From assembly GCA_963805945.1 (NCBI GenBank), contig CAWDVP010000006.1, positions 467,345 through 531,344 of the forward strand: a stretch of DNA of 64,000 bases. Direction: 5' to 3'. Made by a program: the position numbers and the translations under genes. Below the pieces are notes generated by a model. That model saw only the letters and a program-made list of their open reading frames with translations, ran no database searches and was not told where the DNA came from. Source of the DNA: Vulcanimicrobiota bacterium. Its GTDB lineage: Bacteria > Vulcanimicrobiota > Vulcanimicrobiia > Eremiobacterales > Eremiobacteraceae. Below are positions 29,546 through 42,310 of this stretch, piece after piece. Every line of letters starts with the position of its first letter. Positions within the stretch are counted from its first letter, which is position 1.

Positions 29546-30505
29546 CTACGGCGTGTAGTGTCGTTTGACCGGAAAGAGGAAGCTGAGCACGACCTTCAGC
29601 TGCGTGCTGGGCGCGAGATTCGGCTTCACGATATTGCTGTAGTACTGCACCCCGAATTGCATCGGCGTGGTCGCGAGCCTGAAGGTCTTGGTCAGGCCGA
29701 GGCCGAGCGGCACCGTCCATGCTTGCCCAGGCGTCGCGCTGAAATTCGCGGTGATGTTCGGCGCTGTCGAAAGGGCCCAGCCCTTGCCGAAATTATAGTT
29801 GACGAAGGGCTGGACGAGCATCGAGTTGACCGCGGGATTCGTCGAGCTCGAACCGCCGATGCTCCACAGCTGTGTGACCAGCGCGCCCATGACGAAATTG
29901 CCGGGCATGATGAGGCCGACAGCATCCACCCCTGCGGCCGTCTGGTGTGACCCGATCGGTCCGAGATTCGGTGAGGCGGTCGCGAACTGGAAGATCGGCC
30001 CTGCGCCCCACGTGACGGTGGCCGGCTTCGCCGGCGTGAAATACGTCTGTTGCTGGATGTCGCCGAAGCCGGTCAACGTGGGACAGCCGATCGTGGAATT
30101 GCATTGCGATGGGGGCAGCAAAGAAGGTGCGTCGACGATCGGCACGATCGTGCGCGAGATGAGATTCCACTGCTTGCTGAGCACGATAGGGATGACCGGC
30201 TGGATGTTGACGACGGTCTGCGTGCGTTGATATTGACCTGCGCCGTAGTAGAAATTGCCTTGGAACGGAAGCACGCCCAAGTTGCCGACTGGATTTTGTG
30301 ACTGCTTGATGAGCGCTTTTGCTGCAGCCGCTTGGGCGGCGGCATCGTCCGCCGGCGCCGAGCCGGCATCTCCGGCGGCGGCCGGACTCGCTACCGGGGC
30401 TGGGCTTGCAGGAGAGCCTGCGTCCGCGAGGGCGATCGATGGCACCAACGGTGCGATGAGCAGAAAGGCCGCGACGAGCGCCGTGTTCTTCGAGAGATAT
30501 TTCAA
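29546..30505 (-). CDS. Putative outer-membrane beta-barrel protein (family often mis-annotated 'neuromedin U')
   Basis: Signal peptide, QNPVGNL..PFQ, NIQPVIP, WNLISRT, GFGD, QPFVNYN, C-terminal LSFLFP. Confidence 0.7.
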   Translation of the reverse strand: MKYLSKNTALVAAFLLIAPLVPSIALADAGSPASPAPVASPAAAGDAGSAPADDAAAQAAAAKALIKQSQNPVGNLGVLPFQGNFYYGAGQYQRTQTVVNIQPVIPIVLSKQWNLISRTIVPIVDAPSLLPPSQCNSTIGCPTLTGFGDIQQQTYFTPAKPATVTWGAGPIFQFATASPNLGPIGSHQTAAGVDAVGLIMPGNFVMGALVTQLWSIGGSSSTNPAVNSMLVQPFVNYNFGKGWALSTAPNITANFSATPGQAWTVPLGLGLTKTFRLATTPMQFGVQYYSNIVKPNLAPSTQLKVVLSFLFPVKRHYTP

Positions 30506-30604
30506 GATGGTACCTTTTCTAGAATGGTGAGGGCCGTGCCGGAATTGATTGGAAATCATCGAGCCAATGCCCTCGGTTCGCGCTGTCCTCTGAGGACCTA
30601 TGTC

Positions 30605-31988
30605 CTATGAGCGGAACGCAACGTCGATAAGAACCTTCGCCCGGCCGATGCAATCCGCGACGCTGGGGCCGTGGAGGTAGTTTCCAAGCAGAAAGAGTCC
30701 CGGGACCCGGGCAGTCGCCGCTTCTATACGCCTGACGCGCTCTTCGTGGCCGAGCGTGTATTGCGGAATCGCTCCCACCCAGCGGAAACCGGCTACGACT
30801 TTCGGCCGCGCGTCTATCTGCATGACCTTGGCGAGGTCAGCGTGAGCGATGTGTGCGAGCTCTTGATCCGTGCAGCTGCCCGATATCAGGATCGGTGGCG
30901 CCGCCGAGAAACGCGGTCAACAAGACCTCGTCGTCGGGGCAGCGGCCGCGGAAGAGCGTTGAGTTCCAGACCGCTCCTAAGATGCGGACACCTTCACCGC
31001 GGCACGCCAAGAAACCGAAACCGTCGAGCGGCACACCGGCGTTCGCGCGTGGAAACGCGAGGACGACCTGTGCGATCGGCGGATGCTCGATCGCGCGCAG
31101 TTCGCGGACCGCTTCCGGCTCGAGCGGTGCGAGCAGATCCGCTGCCGCACCGGCAGGCGTCGCGACGATCACCCGCGTCGCCTCGATGACGCGTTCGGGA
31201 AGGCCGTCGCATTCCAGCGCGAAGCCTGCACCGCGCTGGCTCAGCCGCTTGACGCGGGCGCTCGGGTAGATGCTTCCCTGCAGGCTCTCCAAGAGCGCGT
31301 CGACCAAGGTCGCGTTGCCGCCGTCGAAGCCGGCCGGCGCGCTTCGCGCTGATGGAGCGGTCGAATTTATTCGACCGCGCGCAATGAATCGCTCGACGAT
31401 GAACCCGCGTAGCACGCCTCGATGCTCTTGCTCCAGCCGGGTCAGGGCCGGCATCGTGCTGCGCGCCGATAACTTTGCCGGATCGCCCGCGTAGATCCCG
31501 GATATCACCGGTCCGACGACCGCGTCGACGAGCTCAGGCCCGCCTCGGCGCGTGACGAAGGAAGCGATCGACTCATCGGCGTCGTCAGCCCGCCCAGGGA
31601 TCCACGGTTCGGCGAGAAGGCGCCACTTGGCGCCCGACGACAGCAATGGAGTGGCCAGGAATCCTGCGGGCGACGTGGGCACCGGGATCAAGCGTCCGTG
31701 CCGGAAGATATAACGCTTTTTCGCGGTCCCGTCGGCGCGTTGGAAGCGGTCGTCGAGCCCGAGTTCGTGTACGAGCTCGACGACCGCAGGCGTCGCGACG
31801 ATGCTCTGCGGACCCATGTCCGCAACGTACGGTCCGGTGCGGACCGACCCGGCGCAACCGCCGAAAATGGGCGACGCCTCGAGCAGCACGACCCGACGGC
31901 CCGCCTGCTTGAGATGGTGCGCGGCGACAAGACCGGAAAAGCCGCCGCCGATCACCGCGACGTCGATGGATTCAAACGCGCCGCTCAT
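30605..31988 (-). CDS. hemY: Protoporphyrinogen oxidase (HemY/PgoX type), frameshift near 30860-30880
   Basis: VIGGGFSGL, GIYAGD, GFGFL, WNSTLF, GGATDP, AIPQYTLGH, GNYLHG..V.DCI. Confidence 0.9.
31352..31377 (+). repeat. 26-nt REP-like palindrome (family 1) embedded in the hemY coding sequence
   Basis: ATGGAG-CGGTCGAAT-TT-ATTCGACCG; 25/26 identical to the copies at 38180-38205 and 51867-51892. Confidence 0.85.
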
Positions 31989-32968
31989 GCGAGCGCACGC
32001 TCGGCTTGGTCGGCCAGGCAGCGGACGAACGCGGGATGGCACTTCACGGTGCAGACGCGCAAGAATTCGGTGACGCCCGCGCGCCGCGCGACTCCAGCAT
32101 ACAAGATATCGATCTCGTTGAGCGTTTCGACGTGCTCGCTGACGAACGCGACCGGTACGACGCACATCGCGCGCGCGCCCTTGGCCGCTATGTCCGCGAT
32201 GAGTCGCTCGGACGCCGGCTGGAGCCATTTCTCCGGGCCGAGGCGGCTTTGGAACGACAGATGGACCGGCCCCGGATGGCCGAGCCGCGCGCTAGCGGCC
32301 GCCACGGTCTTCTTCACCTGTTCGAGGTACGGATCGCCGCGCTCGATGTAGCGCTGCGGCAGGCCATGCGCCGAGAAGATGAGATGCACCTGGTCTGCCG
32401 GCGCCTTGAAGTCGCGCAGGCAGCGCCGAGTCACATCGACGAGCGCTTCGATGTAACGCGGGTCTTCGCAATACTCCTCGACGACCCGCAGGTCGGGCCG
32501 GTAGTCTAGTTCGCCCATGACCCGCTTCAGCTCGTTGAGGCTCGAGCGCGTGGTGGAATACGAGTATTGCGGATACAGCGGCACGACGGCGAGCTGGGTG
32601 ACGCCGTCAGCACGCGCCGCGCGCAGCGCGTCGGCGGAGTACGGGCGCCAATTGCGCATCGCGATGTAGACGGGCATCGCGCGGCCGCGCCTGCGCAGTT
32701 CGTCTCGCAGCGCTTGTGCCTGCGCTTCGCTCTGCGCGCGCAGCGGCGAGCCGCCGCCGATCGACGCATACAGGCGCCGCGAGTATGGCGCCCTCAGCGT
32801 GGAGATGAGCCACGCGGTCGGCTTGACGAGCGGTGCGGGCACCGGGATGTTGTCGGGCGCGAGATCGATGAAGAAATTGTAGAGAAAGGGCCGCACGTCG
32901 TCGAGCGTCTCCGGTCCGCCGAGCTGCGTGAGCACCACGCCGGAGCGTGGCGGCTTAGGCGACCGCAT
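31985..32968 (-). CDS. hemH: Ferrochelatase
   Basis: QLGGP, IGGGSPL, YPQYS..T, FSAHGLP, FQSRLGP..WLQP, FVSEHVETLNEID. Confidence 0.95.
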   Translation of the reverse strand: MRSPKPPRSGVVLTQLGGPETLDDVRPFLYNFFIDLAPDNIPVPAPLVKPTAWLISTLRAPYSRRLYASIGGGSPLRAQSEAQAQALRDELRRRGRAMPVYIAMRNWRPYSADALRAARADGVTQLAVVPLYPQYSYSTTRSSLNELKRVMGELDYRPDLRVVEEYCEDPRYIEALVDVTRRCLRDFKAPADQVHLIFSAHGLPQRYIERGDPYLEQVKKTVAAASARLGHPGPVHLSFQSRLGPEKWLQPASERLIADIAAKGARAMCVVPVAFVSEHVETLNEIDILYAGVARRAGVTEFLRVCTVKCHPAFVRCLADQAERALA

Positions 32969-33987
32969 GGGCGGCGGCTCTCGGTGCATCGATGAAGGCG
33001 GCCGCGCACTGGATCGGGGTCGGCGGCAAGATGCCGTGACCGAGATTGAGGATGTGCCCGACCTTCCCGGCCGCCTCTAATGCGGCGAAGGCGGCTTCGG
33101 TCACGCGCGCCGGCGTGCTGAGCAGCACGGTCGGGTCGACGTTGCCTTGCAGCGCGATGTTGCTGCCGATGCGGGCCCGCGCTGCGCTCAGGTCCATCCG
33201 CCAATCCACGCTGAGCACGTCTGCGCCCGAGCGCGCCATCAGCTCGATGACCCCGCGCAGCCGTTTACGTAGAGGATGGCGGGCACACCGGCGGCATGGA
33301 TGCGCTCGATGACCTGCGTCTGATAGGGCAGGGCGAATTCCGCAAAAGCGCGCGGCTCGAGCTCGCCCGCCCAGGTGTCGAACACCTGGACGACCTGCGC
33401 GCCGGCCGCGGCCTGGGCGGCGGCGTACGCTCCTACCGTGTTGGCGAGTTTGGCCAACAGAGCATGCAGCACGAGCGGCTGCGAATACATCAGGGCCTTG
33501 GTCGCGGCGAAGTTCTTCGAACCTCCGCCTTCTATTATATAGGAGGCCAGCGTGAAAGGCGCGCCGGTGAAGCCGACGAGCGCGGCGCTGCCGTTGAGCG
33601 CCCTGGCGGTGAGACGGATCGTCTCCATGACGAAGGGCATCGCGCTCTCGGGATCCGGCACCCGCAAAGCGTTGATATCTGACGTGCTGCTGACGGTGCG
33701 CTCGAGCTGCGGTCCGGCGTCCCCGAAGGACACCGGCACGCCCATCGCCTCGACCGGGATCATGATATCCGAGAAGATGATGCAGGCGTCGGGTCCGAAG
33801 CGCTCGATGGGCTGCAGCGACACCTGCGCGGCGAGCTCCGGCGTCTTGCAAAGGGTGAGGAAGTCGACCTTCTCGCGGATGGCGCGGTATTCGGGCAGAT
33901 AGCGCCCCGCCTGGCGCATCATCCACACCGGGGCGCGGTCGACCGGCTGGCGCTTGCACGCCGCGAGGAAGCGCTGGCGCGAATCCA

Positions 33988-33988
<1 letters not shown>
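32955..33988 (-). CDS. hemE: Uroporphyrinogen decarboxylase, frameshift near 33250
   Basis: PVWMMRQAGRYLPEY, FSDI, GAPFTLASY, FDTWAG, LQGNVDP, NLGHGI. Confidence 0.95.
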
Positions 33989-37286
<3,298 letters not shown>

Positions 37287-37294
37287 TCACACCG

Positions 37295-38155
37295 ATGCCG
37301 GGTCGATCGCTAGAGGGGCGGACGCTCGCCGCCCAGATCCGCGAGCATGTCAGCGAGCGCGCGCACGCGTTGCGCGCGCGGGGCGTCACGCCACGTTGCG
37401 AGATCTTCATCGGTGAAGGCGATCCCGAAGGCGCGTACTACGGCGATAGTCTGCGCAAGGTCGGCGACAAGGTCGGCGTGGCGATACACGTCAGCGTCGT
37501 CCCCATGAGCGAGGGCACCGGCGGTTTCGTCGGTGCGGTCGAGCGCGCGGCGCGCGACGACGCCGTGCACGGCGTCCTGGTGCAGCGGCCCTTGCCGAAA
37601 CCGTTCGATCTCGGCGCGGTGAGCCGCGTTATCCCGGTGGACAAAGACGTCGACGGCGCGAGTCCGCTCTCGTTAGGCCTGCTCGCGCAAGGCACGCCGC
37701 ATTTCGTGCCCGCGACCGCGGCTGCTGTCGTCGAAGTGCTGCGCCAACCCGGACTGCCGGCGCTCGAGGGTGCGCATGTAGTCATGCTAGGCCGCTCGGC
37801 GGTGGTCGGAAAACCGGTGGCGGCGCTGCTCACGGCCGCTGACGCCACGGTGACGCTGTGCCATTCGCGCACGCGCGATCTCGCCGCGCTGTGCCGCGGC
37901 GCGGATATCGTCGTCGCGGCGATCGGCAAGCCGCGCTTCGTCGGCGCGGCGATGATCAAGCCCGGCGCGACGGTGATCGACGTCGGCACGAATCTCGTCG
38001 ACGACAAGGTCGTCGGCGACGTCGACATGGATGCGGTCATCCAGGTCGCCGGCGCGGTGTCGCCGGTACCCGGCGGGGTAGGCGTCGTCACGACGTCGCT
38101 GCTGCTGCGCCACGTCGTCACCGCGGCTGAGGACGCCAACCCAGCGCAACGCTAG
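37295..38155 (+). CDS. folD: Bifunctional methylene-THF dehydrogenase/cyclohydrolase
   Basis: VQRPLP, KDVDG, GRSAVVGKP, CHSRT, IDVG, PVPGGVG. Confidence 0.93.
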   Translation: MPGRSLEGRTLAAQIREHVSERAHALRARGVTPRCEIFIGEGDPEGAYYGDSLRKVGDKVGVAIHVSVVPMSEGTGGFVGAVERAARDDAVHGVLVQRPLPKPFDLGAVSRVIPVDKDVDGASPLSLGLLAQGTPHFVPATAAAVVEVLRQPGLPALEGAHVVMLGRSAVVGKPVAALLTAADATVTLCHSRTRDLAALCRGADIVVAAIGKPRFVGAAMIKPGATVIDVGTNLVDDKVVGDVDMDAVIQVAGAVSPVPGGVGVVTTSLLLRHVVTAAEDANPAQR

Positions 38156-38158
38156 TAG

Positions 38159-38220
38159 CCGAGCTGCGCTCGGGCACTACGGTCGAATAGATTCGACCGC
38201 TCCATTCGCTCGGGCGCTAC
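38159..38220 (-). repeat. Mosaic cluster of REP-like palindromes between convergent folD and PHP genes (BIME-like)
   Basis: On minus strand: half family-2 (GTAGCGCCCGAGCGA) + family-1 (ATGGAGCGGTCGAATCTATTCGACCG) + family-2 (GTAGTGCCCGAGCGCAGCTCGG). Confidence 0.8.
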
Positions 38221-39026
38221 GACACGAGCCTCAAGAAGCCGTCGATGTCTGCCGGCGCCACGTCCATGCCGGGCCGCGGCCGCGCTGCGGTCGGACCGTG
38301 GAAATCCGATCCGGCGGTCATGACCAGCCTGAGACGGCGAGCGACATCCTTATAATGCGCGGTCTCATGCGGGTCATGCGCGCCGTAGAACACCTCGAGG
38401 CCTTGCAGACCGCTGCGCACCAGCTCCGGCAGCAGTTCGAAAGCGTTGTTACGCGACGGATGCGCGAGCACCGCGATCGCGCCGCTGTCGCGGATCGCCT
38501 GGATCGCCTGCGCGGGCGACGGTGAGACCGGCGGCACGAAGGCGCACGCGCCTGGAGCGAGATAGCGATCGAACGCATCGTTGATATCGCGCGCATCCCC
38601 GCGCGCGACCATCGCTCGCGCGATATGCCGACGGCCGACGATGCTGCCGGCCGTCTGTCCGCGTATCTCATCAGCTGTGAGCGTGACACCGGCGCTGCGG
38701 AGCCCCTCCACTATGCGCTCGACGCGTTCGCGCCGCAAGCGTCCCCGGTCGCGCAGCAGTTCGGTCAGCGGCGATGGCCCGCGCGCCACTCCGTAGGCGA
38801 GCAGATGGACGTCGCGCTCGCCCGCACGCGTGCTCACCTCGACGCCGCGGAGCAATCGCGCCGCGAGCGGCACGAACGCCGCCGCGTGGCGCTCGTATGC
38901 CGCAAGCGTGTCGTGATCGGTGATCGAGACGCGATCGAGCCCGGTGTGCCGCAGCATCAGCGCGAGCGCTTCCGGCGCGAGATCGCCGTCCGACTCGTCC
39001 GTGTGGAGGTGGAAGTCCACGAGCAT
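38217..39026 (-). CDS. PHP-domain metallophosphoesterase (YciV/TrpH-like)
   Basis: DFHLHT..SDG, ITDHD, GVE, HLLAY, AHP, GSDFHG. Confidence 0.92.
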   Translation of the reverse strand: MLVDFHLHTDESDGDLAPEALALMLRHTGLDRVSITDHDTLAAYERHAAAFVPLAARLLRGVEVSTRAGERDVHLLAYGVARGPSPLTELLRDRGRLRRERVERIVEGLRSAGVTLTADEIRGQTAGSIVGRRHIARAMVARGDARDINDAFDRYLAPGACAFVPPVSPSPAQAIQAIRDSGAIAVLAHPSRNNAFELLPELVRSGLQGLEVFYGAHDPHETAHYKDVARRLRLVMTAGSDFHGPTAARPRPGMDVAPADIDGFLRLVS

Positions 39027-39085
39027 GCGCCACTCTTAGGGCGCGCCAAGGGTTTCCCCGCCTCCGCCGCATAAGGTCCGGGACG

Positions 39086-39658
39086 TTGAGCACCCGCAGT
39101 GCGCAGGCAGGTCCACCGTCGCCCGAGCAGATCGCCTTCGTTGAAGCAGCGATGGCTCAATACGGGCGGCAGACGTATAACTACGCCTATCGCTTGACAG
39201 GCAATGAGGCGGATGCGCGCGACCTCGTGCAAGACGCCTACATCCGCGTGTTCCGCGCGTGGCAATCCTTCCGGCCGGGCACATCGTTTCTCGCCTGGAT
39301 CTACCGCATCGTCACCAACCTGCACCGCGACGAGCTGCGCCGGCGCAAGGGTATGTTCGCCGCGCCGCTGCCCGAGGACAACCAACCGCAAGAGCAGGCT
39401 CCGGGGCTGCATCACGACCCGATCGCCGCGATGCACGAGCAGCAGCTCAGTAGTGGCATGGACCGCGCGCTGCGGCGGCTGACGCCGGAACAGCGCTCGG
39501 TCATCCTGCTGGCAGACGTCGAGGACTACTCCTATCAGAACATCGCCGACATCATCGGCTGCTCGATCGGCACCGTCCGCTCGCGGCTCCACAGGGCGCG
39601 CGCGCAATTGCGAAGGCTGCTCGAACGCGAACCGGCTCAGCCGGGCGGCGACACATGA
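39086..39658 (+). CDS. ECF sigma factor
   Basis: DARDLVQDAYIR, FLAWIYRIVTN, region 4 YQNIADIIGCSIGTVRSRLHRAR. Confidence 0.93.
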   Translation: MSTRSAQAGPPSPEQIAFVEAAMAQYGRQTYNYAYRLTGNEADARDLVQDAYIRVFRAWQSFRPGTSFLAWIYRIVTNLHRDELRRRKGMFAAPLPEDNQPQEQAPGLHHDPIAAMHEQQLSSGMDRALRRLTPEQRSVILLADVEDYSYQNIADIIGCSIGTVRSRLHRARAQLRRLLEREPAQPGGDT

Positions 39659-39702
39659 ACGGCCCGCATCGCGGTACAAATGCAAGCCGCTTGCTCGCCC
39701 CC

Positions 39703-39728
39703 GCAACTCTTGCAGCGTCCCTTGCGTT
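39703..39728 (+). promoter_or_regulatory. Putative ECF-type promoter upstream of the anti-sigma gene
   Basis: GCAAC-N17-CGTT, matching the AAC/CGT ECF consensus. Confidence 0.5.
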
Positions 39729-39755
39729 AACTAGGGAGGAGGAGACTGCCCTTTC

Positions 39756-40238
39756 ATGACCTGCCACGATTGCCGCCCATTGATCCAAGACTACGCGCAT
39801 GGTGAACTCGATGCGGCGCAGGATGCGCTCGTCTTCGAGCACATCACCTCATGCGCCGACTGTCGGGCCGCCTGGCGGGCGGAAGTCGACCTCACCGAGT
39901 CGATCCGCTACGCATATTCAGACGAACTCGAGCTTCCGATGTCGGTGGTCGCAGGGGTGCGCCAAGCGATGCGCTCGGAGCGCGCGCCGACCTTCCTCGA
40001 CTCCGTGCGCGCCGCGCTGCGGCCGGCGGTCGTCGCCCCCGCGGCAGCGGCAGTGCTGATCGTCGTGGGCGTATTGCGCTTCGCTCCGTTCCACCAGCCG
40101 TCGCCGGAACTGTCGTCGTCCTACTTCGTGCGCCAGCACGTGGCGCAGACGCTCGGCTCGCCGTCGAGCGAACGGACGTGGGCGGCGTATCTGCTCACAT
40201 CGGAAAACGCGAAGAGCGCCGACACCAGTGCGCCGTAA
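39756..40238 (+). CDS. zf-HC2 (ZAS) anti-sigma factor, one TM segment
   Basis: C...HITSCADC (HxxxCxxC), GGAGG RBS. Confidence 0.9.
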   Translation: MTCHDCRPLIQDYAHGELDAAQDALVFEHITSCADCRAAWRAEVDLTESIRYAYSDELELPMSVVAGVRQAMRSERAPTFLDSVRAALRPAVVAPAAAAVLIVVGVLRFAPFHQPSPELSSSYFVRQHVAQTLGSPSSERTWAAYLLTSENAKSADTSAP

Positions 40239-41274
40239 CGCGCCTCTTCTTCTCTTCTTCATCGCGTGCGTGGCCGTCGTCGCGCTGATCGCTCCTCCGC
40301 CTGCCGCGCGCGCCGCTCTCAATGGATATGCGCTGCTCAAGGCGGCCGTGTCCGCCGACGATCACGTGTCGTTCTACGGCACGATCACGTCGCTCGTGTA
40401 CGGGCGCGACACCGCTGCTGCCGCTGCCACCGTCGTGCGGGTCGAGCACCGCGCGCCCAACGAATGGCGGTTGTGGTATGTCGCACCAGCCGATGCCTAT
40501 GGCCGGCTTGTCCTGTCCAACGAGTCCGTCGCCTATCAATACGAGCCAAAGACGGGCAAGGTCTACAGCAACGACTGGATCTCGCTCTCGCCGCTCGTGA
40601 CGCCGCTCGACATCGACCGTATCCGCCACAACTACTCGGTGCAGTCGTCGGACCACGCGAGCGTCGCCGGCCGCCAGGCGCGGACGCTGTCGCTTATCTC
40701 CACGTTTTCACATACGCTCGTCCTGCGCATGTGGGTCGACGCGGCGACCAATCTCGTGCTGCGGCGTGAGACCTACCATGCGGACGGCACGCTCGCGACC
40801 CGAACGTCCTTCGACAACATCCGCTACGTCAAAGACCTGCCCAACGATCTGTTCAAGATGAGCGTTCCCGCCGGCATGACGCTCGTGCCGGGCGCCGAGT
40901 ATGGCAAGTCGACCTCGGATTTCGCAGCGCTGGTGGGCGGCATCACCTTCAAAGCGCTCGAGCCGAAGGAACTGCCCGACGGTTTCGCTTTCGAGCACGG
41001 CTCGACGAGCATGCGCGGCGGCGTGCAGAGCGTCCAGTTCGTCTACTCGGATGGGCTGCGCAGCATCTCGCTGTTCCAGAACCCCAGCGGACATCTGCCC
41101 GTGTTCGACGGCCCGCCGCCCAAGAGCCTCATGGTCGGCAAGCAGAACGGCGAATACACCCAGGCGTCAGGTGAGTCTTTGCTGTCGTGGAACTTAGGCG
41201 GCGTGAACCTCACCATGGTCGGCGACATCGCGCCGAAAGAGCTCGCGCGCATCGGCGCGTCGCTCTCCCCTTAG
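40228..41274 (+). CDS. MucB/RseB-like sigma-E regulatory exported protein
   Basis: Signal peptide, VAGR, WVD..T.LVLR, YSDGLRSISLF, VGDI; third gene of the ECF module. Confidence 0.8.
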   Translation: MRRNAPLLLFFIACVAVVALIAPPPAARAALNGYALLKAAVSADDHVSFYGTITSLVYGRDTAAAAATVVRVEHRAPNEWRLWYVAPADAYGRLVLSNESVAYQYEPKTGKVYSNDWISLSPLVTPLDIDRIRHNYSVQSSDHASVAGRQARTLSLISTFSHTLVLRMWVDAATNLVLRRETYHADGTLATRTSFDNIRYVKDLPNDLFKMSVPAGMTLVPGAEYGKSTSDFAALVGGITFKALEPKELPDGFAFEHGSTSMRGGVQSVQFVYSDGLRSISLFQNPSGHLPVFDGPPPKSLMVGKQNGEYTQASGESLLSWNLGGVNLTMVGDIAPKELARIGASLSP

Positions 41275-42269
41275 AGCCAGCGCAGCACCTCGTCGGACAT
41301 CTCCCGTAGCCGCTGGTCGTGCGGCGCGCTCGACGTCGGCACGTGCACGCGCGACTCGTCGACGCCGAACGATCTGGCGAGCACGGCGCCGCTCGCGCGC
41401 AGGTTGTCCAATGCGTAGCCGCCTTCCAACACGAACGCGAGGGACGCGTTGTGTTCGGCCGCCGTTTCGCCTAGCAGCCCGCACAAGGCGTCGACCGCCT
41501 CGATGGTGACAGGCAGGCCCGCGATCGGATCCCCTTCGAGGAAATCAAAACCTGCCGAGACGACGATGGTGGTGGGCCGCAGCGCCTTGGCGAGCGGCGG
41601 CAGCAGCCTGGACCAGATGGCGACGAAGTCGTCCGTCGCCGTGTCCAGCGGCAGCGGGATGTCGACGACGAAATTCTCTTTGGAGTAGCGCGACTCGCGG
41701 AACGCGCCGGTGCCGGGATAGGCCGGATACGCATGGCTCGAGATGAAGCCGAGCGGCGCGCCGTGCACCGCCGGCGCCTTTTCCACCCATGCCTGCGTGC
41801 CGTTGCCATGGTGGTAATCGAAATCCACGATGAGCGTCGCGCCGCGCTCATGCCGCGCGGTCTGCGCGGCGATCGCGACGTTGTTGAGCAGACAGAACCC
41901 CATGCCGCGCGCTGGCTCCGCATGATGTCCGGGCGGCCGGACGACCGCGAGGGTCGGGCGGTCGACGTCTGCGCGGCGCACCGCCTCGACCGCGGCGCCC
42001 GCGGCGAGCAACGCGATGCGATAGGATTCGTGGCCCGCCGTCGTGTCGCCGGTCGGGAGCTCCGCGACCGCCGTGTCAGGCACCGCTTCGCAGAAGCGCT
42101 CGATCAGCGCCATGTAGCTCAGATCGTGGACCTCGCCGAGGATCTTCGCGTCGACGACCGAGGGCGCGAGGAATGTGTCGGCCGCGCTGCCGCCCTGCTT
42201 GAGCCCCTCGATGATCGCGCCGAGCCGCGCCGCGCGTTCGGGATGGCCCTCACCCGTGGGGTGGAGCAT
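41271..42269 (-). CDS. Histone deacetylase (class II/AcuC/APAH-like) family protein
   Basis: HPE, RPPGHHA, GFC..NN, DFDYHHGNGTQ, SAGFD, LEGGY; frame may extend a few codons upstream. Confidence 0.92.
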   Translation of the reverse strand: MLHPTGEGHPERAARLGAIIEGLKQGGSAADTFLAPSVVDAKILGEVHDLSYMALIERFCEAVPDTAVAELPTGDTTAGHESYRIALLAAGAAVEAVRRADVDRPTLAVVRPPGHHAEPARGMGFCLLNNVAIAAQTARHERGATLIVDFDYHHGNGTQAWVEKAPAVHGAPLGFISSHAYPAYPGTGAFRESRYSKENFVVDIPLPLDTATDDFVAIWSRLLPPLAKALRPTTIVVSAGFDFLEGDPIAGLPVTIEAVDALCGLLGETAAEHNASLAFVLEGGYALDNLRASGAVLARSFGVDESRVHVPTSSAPHDQRLREMSDEVLRWL

Positions 42270-42310
42270 GAAGCGCGGATCGTAGATGACTTGTAGGATT
42301 GTGTCTTCTT

